This document shows positions 35,365 through 43,766 of a stretch of DNA of 64,000 nt, in pieces. The DNA lies in the NCBI GenBank assembly GCA_024698285.1, contig JAILRJ010000044.1, positions 7,134 through 71,133 on the forward strand, read 5' to 3'. A model generated the notes under the pieces. That model was given only the letters and a program-made list of their open reading frames with translations, made no database searches and was not told the origin of the DNA. The stretch's first letter is position 1. Every line of letters begins with the position of its first letter. Origin of the DNA: Lachnospiraceae bacterium (lineage in GTDB: Bacteria; Bacillota; Clostridia; Lachnospirales; Lachnospiraceae). A program made the position numbers and the translations under genes.

Positions 35365-37578
35365 TCAGATCAGTTCACTCATCTCGCGGATCGCTTCGTC
35401 AAGGCTCGTATACCTCTTCAGCTCGTCTCCGTTCTTTACCATCTTCTCGACCGTCTCTATGCTTCCGACGATACAAACGCATTTCCTGGCCCTTGTCACG
35501 GCCGTATACAGGAGGTTTCGGTTAAACAGCTGTTTCGGTCCGGTAAGTAGCGGAATGATGACAGCCGGATATTCGCTTCCCTGTGATTTGTGTATCGTTA
35601 CGGCATACGCAAGTTCGAGTTCATCAAGGTTCGCAAATGGATACCGCACCCTGTGATCCTCGTCATAGATCACCTCGACGGTCTCCGAGTATTCATCGAT
35701 ACGGTCGATGTATCCCATATCCCCGTTAAACACGCCCAGTCCCTTGTCGGCGACTATCCCGTATTTCGTCGTAACTTCCCACTCGAGCTGATAGTTATTG
35801 CGTATCTGCATGACCTTGTCGCCTTCGCGGTATATGGTCTGTCCGATCTGCTTTTCGCGTTTTCCCGCACCGGCAGGGTTCAGGTATCTCTGGAGTATCG
35901 GGTTGAGACTTTCCACTCCGAGCGGTCCTTTTCTCATCGGTGTCAGCACCTGTATGTCAAACGGTCTGGCATGCACGTAACCCGGCAGTTTGTCCTTTGC
36001 AAGAACTACGATATTGTTGAGGATCATGTCGGTAGAGTCGCGTCTCAGCATGAACAGATCACTGCTGTTGTTATCAAGTTTAGGCATTATTCCCGCGTTT
36101 ATCTCGTGTGCTCCGACTATGATGTCGCTCTTCTTCGACTGTCTGAATATCCTGTCAAGCTTGACTACCTTGAAACACTCGGATGCGATAAGATCCTTGA
36201 GCACGCTTCCGGGCCCGACCGACGGAAGCTGGTTCGTGTCTCCGACCATGATCAGCCTCGTTCCTGGAACAAGCGCCGCAAGAAGTGCTTTGAATAAAGG
36301 CAAATCCGTCATCGACATTTCGTCGACAATAACCGCATCTACTTCAAGAGGATTGTCCTCGTTATACTCGTACGAAAATGATTTTCTGTCACCTCCGGGT
36401 GACAGGCCCAAAAGCCTTTGTATGGTGGAACTCTCGTATCCGCTCGTCTCCGTCATCCTCTTGGCCGCTCTTCCCGTAGGCGCGCACAGGACAAATTCGT
36501 CCCCCGAGGCGCGAAGATACCTGATTATGACGTTTATGATCGTTGTCTTTCCCGTTCCGGGTCCGCCGGTAATGATACTTACACCGTTTGAAAGGGCCGC
36601 CACAACCGCTTCCCTCTGCCTGTCCTCGAGAGGTGTCTCTTCGTCCTCAAACTTCCTCACACGATCTTCGATGCGTCCCGTGTCCGGATCAAGTGTCTGA
36701 TCAAGGTCGCAAAGGGTCCTTGCGCACCCGATCTCCATGTAGTAAAAGGCAGGGGCATACACACGTATCCCGTCTTCTTTTTTCTTGATTATGAGCTTTC
36801 GCTCCATACCGAGGTTATCGCACTGTGTAGAAACGTCTTCGGCGGACAGTTCCAGAAGTGCGGCAGACCTGTTTATAAGATCTTCCCGAGGAAGATAGAC
36901 ATGACCTTCCGATACTGCACAAGAAAGGGTGTAGAGGATACCGCTTCGGACCCTGTATTCGGATCCTTTCGCTATGCCCGCTGCCATGGCGATGCCGTCT
37001 GCGGTCACAAAACCGATGCCCTCTATGTCTTCGGCGAGTCTGTACGGATTCTCCTCCATGACCTTGTATACTTCGCCTCCGTACTGCCTGTATATCTTTG
37101 TGGCAAGGTTGTTGGATATACCGAACTTCTGCAGGAACATCGCAGCCTTTCGAAGCTGCACGCCTTCGGACACGAACGCTCCGATCTCCTGGGCCAGTCT
37201 CGGAGAAATGCTGCTGACCTTCGAGAGCATCTCCGGCTCTTCTTCCATAACCCTGAAAGTATCGGTACCGAACGCATCGACTATCTTCTTTGCTCTTGCC
37301 GGGCCTATGCCCTTAACCGCACCCGAGGAAAGATAGCGCAGTATCGAGTCCTCGTCATCCGCCACCGACAGCTCATATGATGTAAAAGCGAACTGTCTTC
37401 CGTATACGGAGTGGGAAACGTACTGCCCGGAAAGCTTAACGCTCATCCCTTCTCCGGCGGCATGCAAATCACCGACACAGGTTATGTCTTCTGTGTCGGT
37501 GGTAAGTTCGAATACCGTATATCCGTTATCCTTATTGGAATAAACGATGTGCTCGATGTAACCGGAAATTGTTTCCAT
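35365..37578 (-). CDS. recD2: RecD2-type SF1B ATP-dependent DNA helicase
   Basis: 737 aa. Walker A reads ITGGPGTGKTT, followed by LCAPTGRAAKRM, IVDEMSM, MVGDTNQLPSVGPG and the C-terminal AVTIHKSQGSEY...YTAVTRAR. Confidence 0.95.
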   Translation of the reverse strand: METISGYIEHIVYSNKDNGYTVFELTTDTEDITCVGDLHAAGEGMSVKLSGQYVSHSVYGRQFAFTSYELSVADDEDSILRYLSSGAVKGIGPARAKKIVDAFGTDTFRVMEEEPEMLSKVSSISPRLAQEIGAFVSEGVQLRKAAMFLQKFGISNNLATKIYRQYGGEVYKVMEENPYRLAEDIEGIGFVTADGIAMAAGIAKGSEYRVRSGILYTLSCAVSEGHVYLPREDLINRSAALLELSAEDVSTQCDNLGMERKLIIKKKEDGIRVYAPAFYYMEIGCARTLCDLDQTLDPDTGRIEDRVRKFEDEETPLEDRQREAVVAALSNGVSIITGGPGTGKTTIINVIIRYLRASGDEFVLCAPTGRAAKRMTETSGYESSTIQRLLGLSPGGDRKSFSYEYNEDNPLEVDAVIVDEMSMTDLPLFKALLAALVPGTRLIMVGDTNQLPSVGPGSVLKDLIASECFKVVKLDRIFRQSKKSDIIVGAHEINAGIMPKLDNNSSDLFMLRRDSTDMILNNIVVLAKDKLPGYVHARPFDIQVLTPMRKGPLGVESLNPILQRYLNPAGAGKREKQIGQTIYREGDKVMQIRNNYQLEWEVTTKYGIVADKGLGVFNGDMGYIDRIDEYSETVEVIYDEDHRVRYPFANLDELELAYAVTIHKSQGSEYPAVIIPLLTGPKQLFNRNLLYTAVTRARKCVCIVGSIETVEKMVKNGDELKRYTSLDEAIREMSELI

Positions 37579-37584
37579 CAGATC

Positions 37585-37929
37585 CTACAGCGCATTGTTC
37601 CTCTTCATCTGCTCATACAGCTGCTGGGCCAGAGAGTTGTTGTTGCCCCCGCTCTGATTGACGATGCTCTTGCTGTACTCGGCGATGAGATTCTCCTTGT
37701 AATAATCGACCAGCGTATTATTCGGGTCGGAATCATCATCTTTGGGAACCATCGCTTTCTCCATATTCTTGAAGACCTGTTCATAGAAATATGCCTCGAA
37801 CTGCTTGCAGGCCTCGAGAAGCTCGTCGTCACTCTTCCTGCTGTTATTGCCGTTAAGCGTCCTCTCGAGATTGCTTGCCTTGGTCGCCGTCGATGTCAGA
37901 TAATCATTGTATAAGCTTCCTATATCCAT
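37585..37929 (-). CDS. Rod-binding protein (FlgJ N-terminal-like)
   Basis: 114 aa. CKQFEAYFYEQVFKNMEKA matches the rod-binding domain core. It lies immediately downstream of flgG. Confidence 0.7.
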   Translation of the reverse strand: MDIGSLYNDYLTSTATKASNLERTLNGNNSRKSDDELLEACKQFEAYFYEQVFKNMEKAMVPKDDDSDPNNTLVDYYKENLIAEYSKSIVNQSGGNNNSLAQQLYEQMKRNNAL

Positions 37930-37934
37930 TCAAA

Positions 37935-38753
37935 TTACCTCTTAAGATCGTTTGCAACCTGGAGCATCGAATCCGAAGTCGTGATGACTTTTGAATTGAG
38001 CTCGTATGCACGCTGTGCGATGATCAGGTTTACCATCTCATCAGCAACCTGTACGTTTGAAGACTCCAGATATCCCTGTCTGACGATGGACTTGGTGAGT
38101 GCTCCGTTCGTTGCCTCGTTAAGTGCGGGGCCGGACGCCTCAGTAGGCTGATACATCGTGCCTCCGACCTTGAACAGTCCGCTCGCATTCTGGAACTGGA
38201 ACAGGCCTATCTGCATTCCCGGGATCGGCTGAAGGTTGTTGTTCGCATCGGGATATGTAAGCTGTCCGTTTGCGTCAACCGAAACCTTGCTCGAAATGTA
38301 ATCCGCGGGGATAACGATCGGCTGATTGTTCGTGTTCAGAACCGGATAACCGTCCGAGTTCGTCAGATACATCTGATTACCGGGGCCTATAGCAAAGTGA
38401 AAATCACCGTTTCTCGTATATACCGTCTTGCCGTTGTCATTGAGAGCGAAGAAGCCTTCACCGCTTATCGCGAAGCTCGTTGAACTCTCAGACGCCTGGA
38501 ACGCACCCTGCGTAAACTCCGATGTGATCGATGCGTTACGAACACCGAGTCCGACCTGCGCGCCTACGGGCTTCTGGATACCGTTGGCTGTTGTCGTTCT
38601 TGTCTGTATCTCCTGGTAAAGAAGCGATTTGAATTCGTTCTGTTCCGTCTTGTATCCGACGGTATTGACATTCGCCAGGTTGTTGGCGATCGTATCTACG
38701 TTAGTCTGCTGGGCCATCATTCCCGATGCGCCGCTCCAAAGTGCTCTTACCAT
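37935..38753 (-). CDS. flgG: Flagellar basal-body rod protein FlgG (FlhP-like)
   Basis: MVRALWSGASGMMAQQTNVDTIANNLANVNTVGYK...YLESSNVQVADEMVNLIIAQRAYELNSK. Confidence 0.9.
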   Translation of the reverse strand: MVRALWSGASGMMAQQTNVDTIANNLANVNTVGYKTEQNEFKSLLYQEIQTRTTTANGIQKPVGAQVGLGVRNASITSEFTQGAFQASESSTSFAISGEGFFALNDNGKTVYTRNGDFHFAIGPGNQMYLTNSDGYPVLNTNNQPIVIPADYISSKVSVDANGQLTYPDANNNLQPIPGMQIGLFQFQNASGLFKVGGTMYQPTEASGPALNEATNGALTKSIVRQGYLESSNVQVADEMVNLIIAQRAYELNSKVITTSDSMLQVANDLKR

Positions 38754-38796
38754 ATCTGCCTCCTTATTAACTGTGAACTGTTACCGGCTGACCTTA

Positions 38797-39570
38797 TCAG
38801 ACTTTGCCAAGCTGATTGACTGCTATATCAAGGGTCTCGTTATGTGCCTGGATCATCTTCTGATTTGTCTCATATGCACGCTGGTAATTGATCAGATTGA
38901 CCATTTCCTTTGCAGCCTGCACATTTGACGCCTCAAGCATTCCGTTATATACAGTTGCGGTTGATTCTATGGGGGTTGCTCCTTCGACTATATCGAAGTA
39001 GTTCTCTCCGTACTTCTCCAGATAGTTGTAATCCTCAAAATCCTGAACCTGGATCTGGGCAACCGCGTTTCCGTTCTGATAAATGGTTCCGTCGAGTCCG
39101 ACCGAAGACTCAACTAGCGGATCGAGAATGATGTGACTGCCGTTTATATCGAGTACGAAGTCACCGTTCTTGTTAACGAGTTCACCTTTGGTGTTGACAA
39201 TGAAATCGCCTGCTCTTGTATATTTCGTGGATACTTCTCCGGCTTTGCTCGTGAACTCTATGGCAAAGAATCCTTTGCCCGCAAGGCACATGTCATACTG
39301 ATTCCCGGTCGTTACAAACGATCCCTCCGAAAAATCCCTGTATGTCTCACCTATCTTGACTCCGAGGTTCATGGCCCCGAGCTTCCTTGCCGCAAACGGC
39401 TCGGATGTATCTTTGATCTTATATGCAAGAACATCGTAGAACGCTTCGGATGTAGACCCCTCGGCCTTGAATCCGGTAGTCGACGAGTTGGCCAGATTGT
39501 TGGCCAGCACATCAACCCTGCGCTGTTCGTTGATCATTCCCGTTGCTGATGTGTACAGTCCCTTTACCAT
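38797..39570 (-). CDS. flgF: Flagellar hook-basal body rod protein (FlgF/FlhO-like)
   Basis: MVKGLYTSATGMINEQRRVDVLANNLANSSTTGFK...LEASNVQAAKEMVNLINYQRAYETNQK. Confidence 0.85.
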   Translation of the reverse strand: MVKGLYTSATGMINEQRRVDVLANNLANSSTTGFKAEGSTSEAFYDVLAYKIKDTSEPFAARKLGAMNLGVKIGETYRDFSEGSFVTTGNQYDMCLAGKGFFAIEFTSKAGEVSTKYTRAGDFIVNTKGELVNKNGDFVLDINGSHIILDPLVESSVGLDGTIYQNGNAVAQIQVQDFEDYNYLEKYGENYFDIVEGATPIESTATVYNGMLEASNVQAAKEMVNLINYQRAYETNQKMIQAHNETLDIAVNQLGKV

Positions 39571-39606
39571 AAATACACTCCCCTATATCCGGTATCAGTA
39601 CCTGTT

Positions 39607-40605
39607 CTAGTCTACGTTATCCGTGTAGCCTGCGAGGAACTCGACATATTTACCCGTTCCTATCGCAACCGCCGTCATCGGATCCTCGGCTGTCATGGTG
39701 TTGATACCCGTCTTGTATGCGATCAGATCCTCCAGTCCCCTTAAGAGGCTTCCGCCGCCCGTTAAGACTATACCTCTTGCCGCTATATCAGCCGCAAGTT
39801 CCGGCGGTGTCTTCTCAAGTACCGAATGAATCGCTTCGACTACCTGACCTGTCGTATCTCTAAGTGCTTCCTCGGTCTCTTCCGATGAAACCTTAACGGT
39901 TCTCGGAAGGCCTGTTACGAGGTTACGGCCCGTAACCTCAAGGTATTCTATCTCCGGGCGTTTGAACGCCGTACCTATCTTGATCTTGATGTCCTCGGCG
40001 GTATTGTCTCCGATGAGAAGGTTGTGCTTTTTTCTCATGTATCTGACTATCGCTTCGTCAAAATCATCTCCCGCGACTTTGATCGAAGTCGAAACAACGG
40101 CCCCTCCGAGTGAGATTACAGCTATATCCGTTGTTCCGCCGCCTATATCGACTATCATGTTACCGCAGGGTCTGCCGATATCTATGCCGGCTCCTATCGC
40201 CGCAGCTATCGGTTCTTCTATGATCTCAACATATCTGGCTCCCGCCTGGTATGTCGCATCCTCAACCGCTTTCTTCTCAACTTCGGTTACTCCCGACGGT
40301 ACGCATACGCTTATTCTCGGCTTCCTGAAGTTCTTCCTGCCCACAGCCTTCTGTATGAAGTACTTGAGCATCTTCTCGGTAGTGGTGTAATCCGATATGA
40401 CTCCCTGTCTGAGCGGCCTTATCGCCACTATGTTACCGGGGGTACGGCCAAGCATCATCCTGGCCTCTTCACCGATCGCCCTTATCGTATTAGTATCCGT
40501 ATCAAGAGCGATAACCGAGGGTTCTTTGAGCACTACTCCCCGGCCTCTGACATACACGAGAACACTTGCCGTGCCGAGATCGATTCCTATATCCGAATAA
40601 AGCAT
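39607..40605 (-). CDS. mbl: MreB/Mbl-family actin-like rod-shape protein
   Basis: DIGIDLGTASVLVYVRGRGVVLKEPSVIA...GRTPGNIVAIRPLRQGVISDY...VDIGGGTTDIAVISLGG. The order mbl-flhO-flhP matches B. subtilis. Confidence 0.95.
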   Translation of the reverse strand: MLYSDIGIDLGTASVLVYVRGRGVVLKEPSVIALDTDTNTIRAIGEEARMMLGRTPGNIVAIRPLRQGVISDYTTTEKMLKYFIQKAVGRKNFRKPRISVCVPSGVTEVEKKAVEDATYQAGARYVEIIEEPIAAAIGAGIDIGRPCGNMIVDIGGGTTDIAVISLGGAVVSTSIKVAGDDFDEAIVRYMRKKHNLLIGDNTAEDIKIKIGTAFKRPEIEYLEVTGRNLVTGLPRTVKVSSEETEEALRDTTGQVVEAIHSVLEKTPPELAADIAARGIVLTGGGSLLRGLEDLIAYKTGINTMTAEDPMTAVAIGTGKYVEFLAGYTDNVD

Positions 40606-40667
40606 TTCATTCCCCTTTCAACGCTTATATTTTCGAGTTCACATAATTAATGCATGTTATCCGATAT

Positions 40668-40696
40668 AGTATAACCCAAATCGCCCTGATTTTCAA
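40668..40696 (-). promoter_or_regulatory. Sigma-A promoter for the mbl-flagellar rod-recD2 string
   Basis: Minus strand: TTGAAA (40696-40691), exact 17-nt spacer, TATACT (40673-40668). The SD AAAGGGGA lies before ATG 40605. Confidence 0.7.
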
Positions 40697-40721
40697 TTGT
40701 AAAAGTTCTGATTTTGCGTAT

Positions 40722-40769
40722 AAAAAAGCAGCATAAAACAGGATCGGTTCCGTCCGTTTTACGCTGCTT
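40722..40769 (-). terminator. Rho-independent terminator ending the 23-kb upstream gene string
   Basis: Minus-strand RNA: AAGCAGCGUAAAAC-(16-nt loop)-GUUUUAUGCUGCUU followed by UUUUAUA. The ~14-bp stem includes one G-U pair. It lies 58 nt after the stop at 40827. Confidence 0.85.
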
Positions 40770-40826
40770 CCCTGCATGTCTAACATATATATCGGACAAA
40801 ATTACGGAAACTTTAGCGTTTATTGT

Positions 40827-41855
40827 TTACAGGTAATCTTCCGAGAAGCCGTCGCCTTCGCTGCTCGATCCGGTATCGCTGCTGCTGCTTGATTCGCTGC
40901 TGCTGCTCGATTCCTCGTGACTCTCTTCGTGGCTCTCTTCATGACTTTCCTCATGATGTTCTTCGTGGCTCGATTCACCGCCGCCACCTCCTCCGCCATC
41001 GGAACTTCCTCCGGAATCGGATGAAGAATATGAGGCTCCTCCGCCTCCGCCACCGTCAGAGCTTCCGCCGCTGTCATGATCGTCTCCGCCGTAAGGATCG
41101 GGGGATGCCGTCCATGATACGTTCGTAACTCCCGCCGAAGGTGATGTACTCTGCGGAAGAGATGATATGGTCTGCGTCGCCGCAGGTGTACTGCTCTTTG
41201 CGCCCGACTGTATGGCGGCCATCACCTGCTCGGGTGTCGTACCCGCTGCATTTGACTGTCCCCTCACTTCTTCCGAATTGTTTCTGACACCCGCAACACC
41301 TTTACCGCTGTTTGCGGCTGCTGCTGTTGCTGCGTTTGTATTCTTTGCGTTCACGTTATTTCCGATCAGAACGGTTATGCCGTTACTTGTTGCTACCGTC
41401 CCCACCGTCTCGGGATCCGCGGACACTATCTCACCTTTTTCGTTTATCGTAAGACCGAGCTGCGCAAGCTTCTTTGACGCCACACTTCTCTCCGTCTCCT
41501 CTTTCCTGTCATCGTTTTCACGATAAGGATCGGATGCCTCAACATCATCGACCGAACCGTAATCAACCCACTCGGATCCGTCCCATACTTCGAGAATACC
41601 GTCGACAACACGCACGGCCGTATCGGATCCCTGTCCGGAGCCGCCCTGTCCGTTTTGGCCCGAGGCCTGTCCCGCATATTCTTCCTGCTGCGCCTCGAGA
41701 CGTTCTATCGTGCTTTTGTATTCAGCTGTTTTGTGGCTGTATACCACACCCGTTGCAGTCGCCGTGACCGCAGCGCCCGACACGACACAAACGGCAGCCG
41801 TGACCGCAGCTTTTGTCGTAAGGTTCGGTATCAATGCAAGCAGAAAATTCTTCAT
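40827..41855 (-). CDS. Membrane-anchored or secreted low-complexity acidic protein with Ser/Gly/His/Glu-rich C-terminus
   Basis: 342-aa ORF with strong SD (AAGGAGAG) and an N-terminal hydrophobic anchor LTTKAAVTAAVCVVSGAAVTATATGVV. The C-terminus reads ...SGGSSDGGGGGGASYSSSDSGGSSDGGGGGGGESSHEEHHEESHEESHEESHEESSSSSESSSSSDTGSSSEGDGFSEDYL. Confidence 0.65.
   Translation of the reverse strand: MKNFLLALIPNLTTKAAVTAAVCVVSGAAVTATATGVVYSHKTAEYKSTIERLEAQQEEYAGQASGQNGQGGSGQGSDTAVRVVDGILEVWDGSEWVDYGSVDDVEASDPYRENDDRKEETERSVASKKLAQLGLTINEKGEIVSADPETVGTVATSNGITVLIGNNVNAKNTNAATAAAANSGKGVAGVRNNSEEVRGQSNAAGTTPEQVMAAIQSGAKSSTPAATQTISSLPQSTSPSAGVTNVSWTASPDPYGGDDHDSGGSSDGGGGGGASYSSSDSGGSSDGGGGGGGESSHEEHHEESHEESHEESHEESSSSSESSSSSDTGSSSEGDGFSEDYL
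40908..40977 (-). repeat. Imperfect 12-nt tandem coding repeats (HEES units)
   Basis: The plus strand reads ttcctcgtgact ctcttcgtggct ctcttcatgact ttcctcatgatg ttcttcgtggct, encoding (S)HEE(S/H) repeated about 5 times. Flanking Ser and Gly runs extend the low complexity to about 40830-41090. Confidence 0.7.
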
Positions 41856-41872
41856 GATCTCTCCTTATATCC

Positions 41873-43765
41873 TCAGTTTGCAGCCGGAATGATCCCCAGT
41901 GCCGTCATGTCATCTATGATGACACCCCAGGTGACCGTACCGTCGTCGTTGTCCTTTCCGCATATCACATCATATCCTGCCTGATTCGGATGGTATCCGT
42001 CCGGGAAGTACTTCTTGAAGTTCGAATGCTTCTCGGGTGTCGGATCGGCATTCGGATCATTGTTCCTGTTCGGCAGTCCCATAGGATCGAGTATATCGTC
42101 ATAAAGGTTTATGAAATAAACGTTCTTGCCCAGCGTATTCTTGTAGTAGTTCGATACGCTCTTCTGAATATAGCAGTAATCGTCAAGAACCTTTCCGGTA
42201 CTCAGGTTTTTCGTGATCGTTCCCGGTCCGCTTATCCACCATGCACGAAGAGGTGAGAGCACCATTATCTCGGCGTTGGGATATTCGTTTACAAGCTTCT
42301 TTATAGTTCTGTCGACACCTATGCAGTATGACTTGTCGGCATCGTAATAGGTGACTCCGAATTCGTTTGTGATAAAGCCGGTTCCGTCCTTGTTCTCACC
42401 GAATATTGCCGTATTCTCATGTAACCCTTCTCCCTGATCCTTGTACGCCCAGTCATTGACTCCAGCCATCAGGAAAATATAATCGGGATCCTTGCCCTGG
42501 CTTGTCGCGGTCTCGATCGCGATATCGGCAAGATCCGGCATGTTGTAAAGGTTAGCTCCGGGCTCCGAATATGTCGCGCCGCCGTTTGCAACGAGCGTAC
42601 AGTCAACCCTTGCATTAAGCCTTGATGCAAGTCTCTTTCCGATCTGAACGCTCGGCTGTCTGCTGACCTGCTTGTAATCCGACGGTTTCGACGGTCCGTG
42701 TTCTATATTGACACCATCCTTTATCGTCATTCCCATCATTATGCTGTCGCCGATAAAGTAAGCGCTGTATGTCGTAGTCGGATTTGAAGGATCGGGCGGA
42801 TTCGTCGGATCACCTTCCACGGCCACTATGACATCTCTTGCGAAGTTTCTGATCTCCAAACTCTCGCTCGAATTCTCGGCGGCCTTCTTTGCGACATAAT
42901 AAGGATTACGTCCAACGATCGGTCCGTACAGGTAAACGTCTTCATCGGTCGAAGCTTTATGAAGCCTGATGTATCCTCTGAAGTATTTGTTGACATTATA
43001 GTCGACGATATCATAAAGAGAGTTGGCAAATACCGTCTTATCACCGTCGATCCTCAGCACATGATCGGCTCCACCCCTGACATAACAGGAAGCCTTGAGG
43101 ACAAGCTGATCCTCAAGCGTCATGTGTTTTTTGCTTCCCGAATTCCAGTTTCTTGAAAGTATGTGAAGATGTCCGTACTCCTCAACGGAATACTCCGTAA
43201 TGTTGTCGTCGTTCTTGAGTCCGTTTTCTTTGATATCCGTGAGGATGCTGAGCGAACATCTTATACCTCCGCTCTTTTCCTCCGTGGGCGGTTTGATCGC
43301 AAATCCTTCGTATCCTAGTATGTTGTCAAATCCATCGAGCCTTCTTACCGAATACCTTGTAACTTCGATCGTCTCGGGTTCGCCGGTCTGTCCGGTCTGG
43401 CCCGAAAATCCCCCTCCCTCGGGGCTCTCCTGCGTTACCCGCTTTATCACTTCCCATACGGCCATTCCGACGGGATAGCAGTTCTCATCCGTGATCTCCT
43501 TGTTGTACCTGATCGCCGTGATAAACTTTGACGAACGTTTTACCGTAACCTCGTATTCCCTTTCGTTTGACGTGGGAGAAAGTGCCACCGGTACACCGTC
43601 AAGCTCAATTCCCAGCTTATCATTGTCGTAACCGGAAGGGACCGTTATCTTTACGGTCGAATTGTCCGCATAAGCGTTTATTACAAAAAAAATGCTGACA
43701 ACGACTACCATTGTCAGTAATATGAATACTTTTTTCAAGATTGTAAACGGCCTTGTTACACTCAT
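41873..43765 (-). CDS. Secreted protein with an N-terminal domain of unknown function (~380 aa) and a C-terminal SGNH/GDSL hydrolase domain
   Basis: I prefer ATG 43765 (MSVTRPFTILKKVFILLTMVVVVSIFFVINAYA, a signal peptide), one nt after the upstream TGA. SGNH blocks: YFIGDSIMMG (Ser), ANGGATY (Gly), MAGVNDW (Asn), DGYHPN (Asp-x-x-His). Confidence 0.75.
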   Translation of the reverse strand: MSVTRPFTILKKVFILLTMVVVVSIFFVINAYADNSTVKITVPSGYDNDKLGIELDGVPVALSPTSNEREYEVTVKRSSKFITAIRYNKEITDENCYPVGMAVWEVIKRVTQESPEGGGFSGQTGQTGEPETIEVTRYSVRRLDGFDNILGYEGFAIKPPTEEKSGGIRCSLSILTDIKENGLKNDDNITEYSVEEYGHLHILSRNWNSGSKKHMTLEDQLVLKASCYVRGGADHVLRIDGDKTVFANSLYDIVDYNVNKYFRGYIRLHKASTDEDVYLYGPIVGRNPYYVAKKAAENSSESLEIRNFARDVIVAVEGDPTNPPDPSNPTTTYSAYFIGDSIMMGMTIKDGVNIEHGPSKPSDYKQVSRQPSVQIGKRLASRLNARVDCTLVANGGATYSEPGANLYNMPDLADIAIETATSQGKDPDYIFLMAGVNDWAYKDQGEGLHENTAIFGENKDGTGFITNEFGVTYYDADKSYCIGVDRTIKKLVNEYPNAEIMVLSPLRAWWISGPGTITKNLSTGKVLDDYCYIQKSVSNYYKNTLGKNVYFINLYDDILDPMGLPNRNNDPNADPTPEKHSNFKKYFPDGYHPNQAGYDVICGKDNDDGTVTWGVIIDDMTALGIIPAAN

Positions 43766-43766
43766 T

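Noticed and set aside
35365-37578. RecD-like helicase as part of an anti-phage defence system
   Set aside because: It has the full housekeeping RecD2 architecture and sits in conserved comFC/flagellar synteny. No nuclease, methylase or other defence partner is adjacent.
40820-41984. Multiple overlapping ORFs in other frames and strands over the low-complexity gene (for example 40820-41077 minus, 40823-41128 plus, 41167-41526 plus, 41474-41767 plus)
   Set aside because: Repetitive GC-rich codon runs (GGN/TCN/GAA) keep several frames open. Only the 40827-41855 frame has an SD, an ATG, an N-terminal anchor and a terminator.
43685-43692. A8/T8 homopolymer inside the signal-peptide coding region of the SGNH protein as a slipped-strand phase-variation tract
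   Set aside because: Eight residues is short for efficient slippage, and the tract simply encodes Ile-Phe-Phe in a hydrophobic core. There is no evidence of variation from a single sequence.
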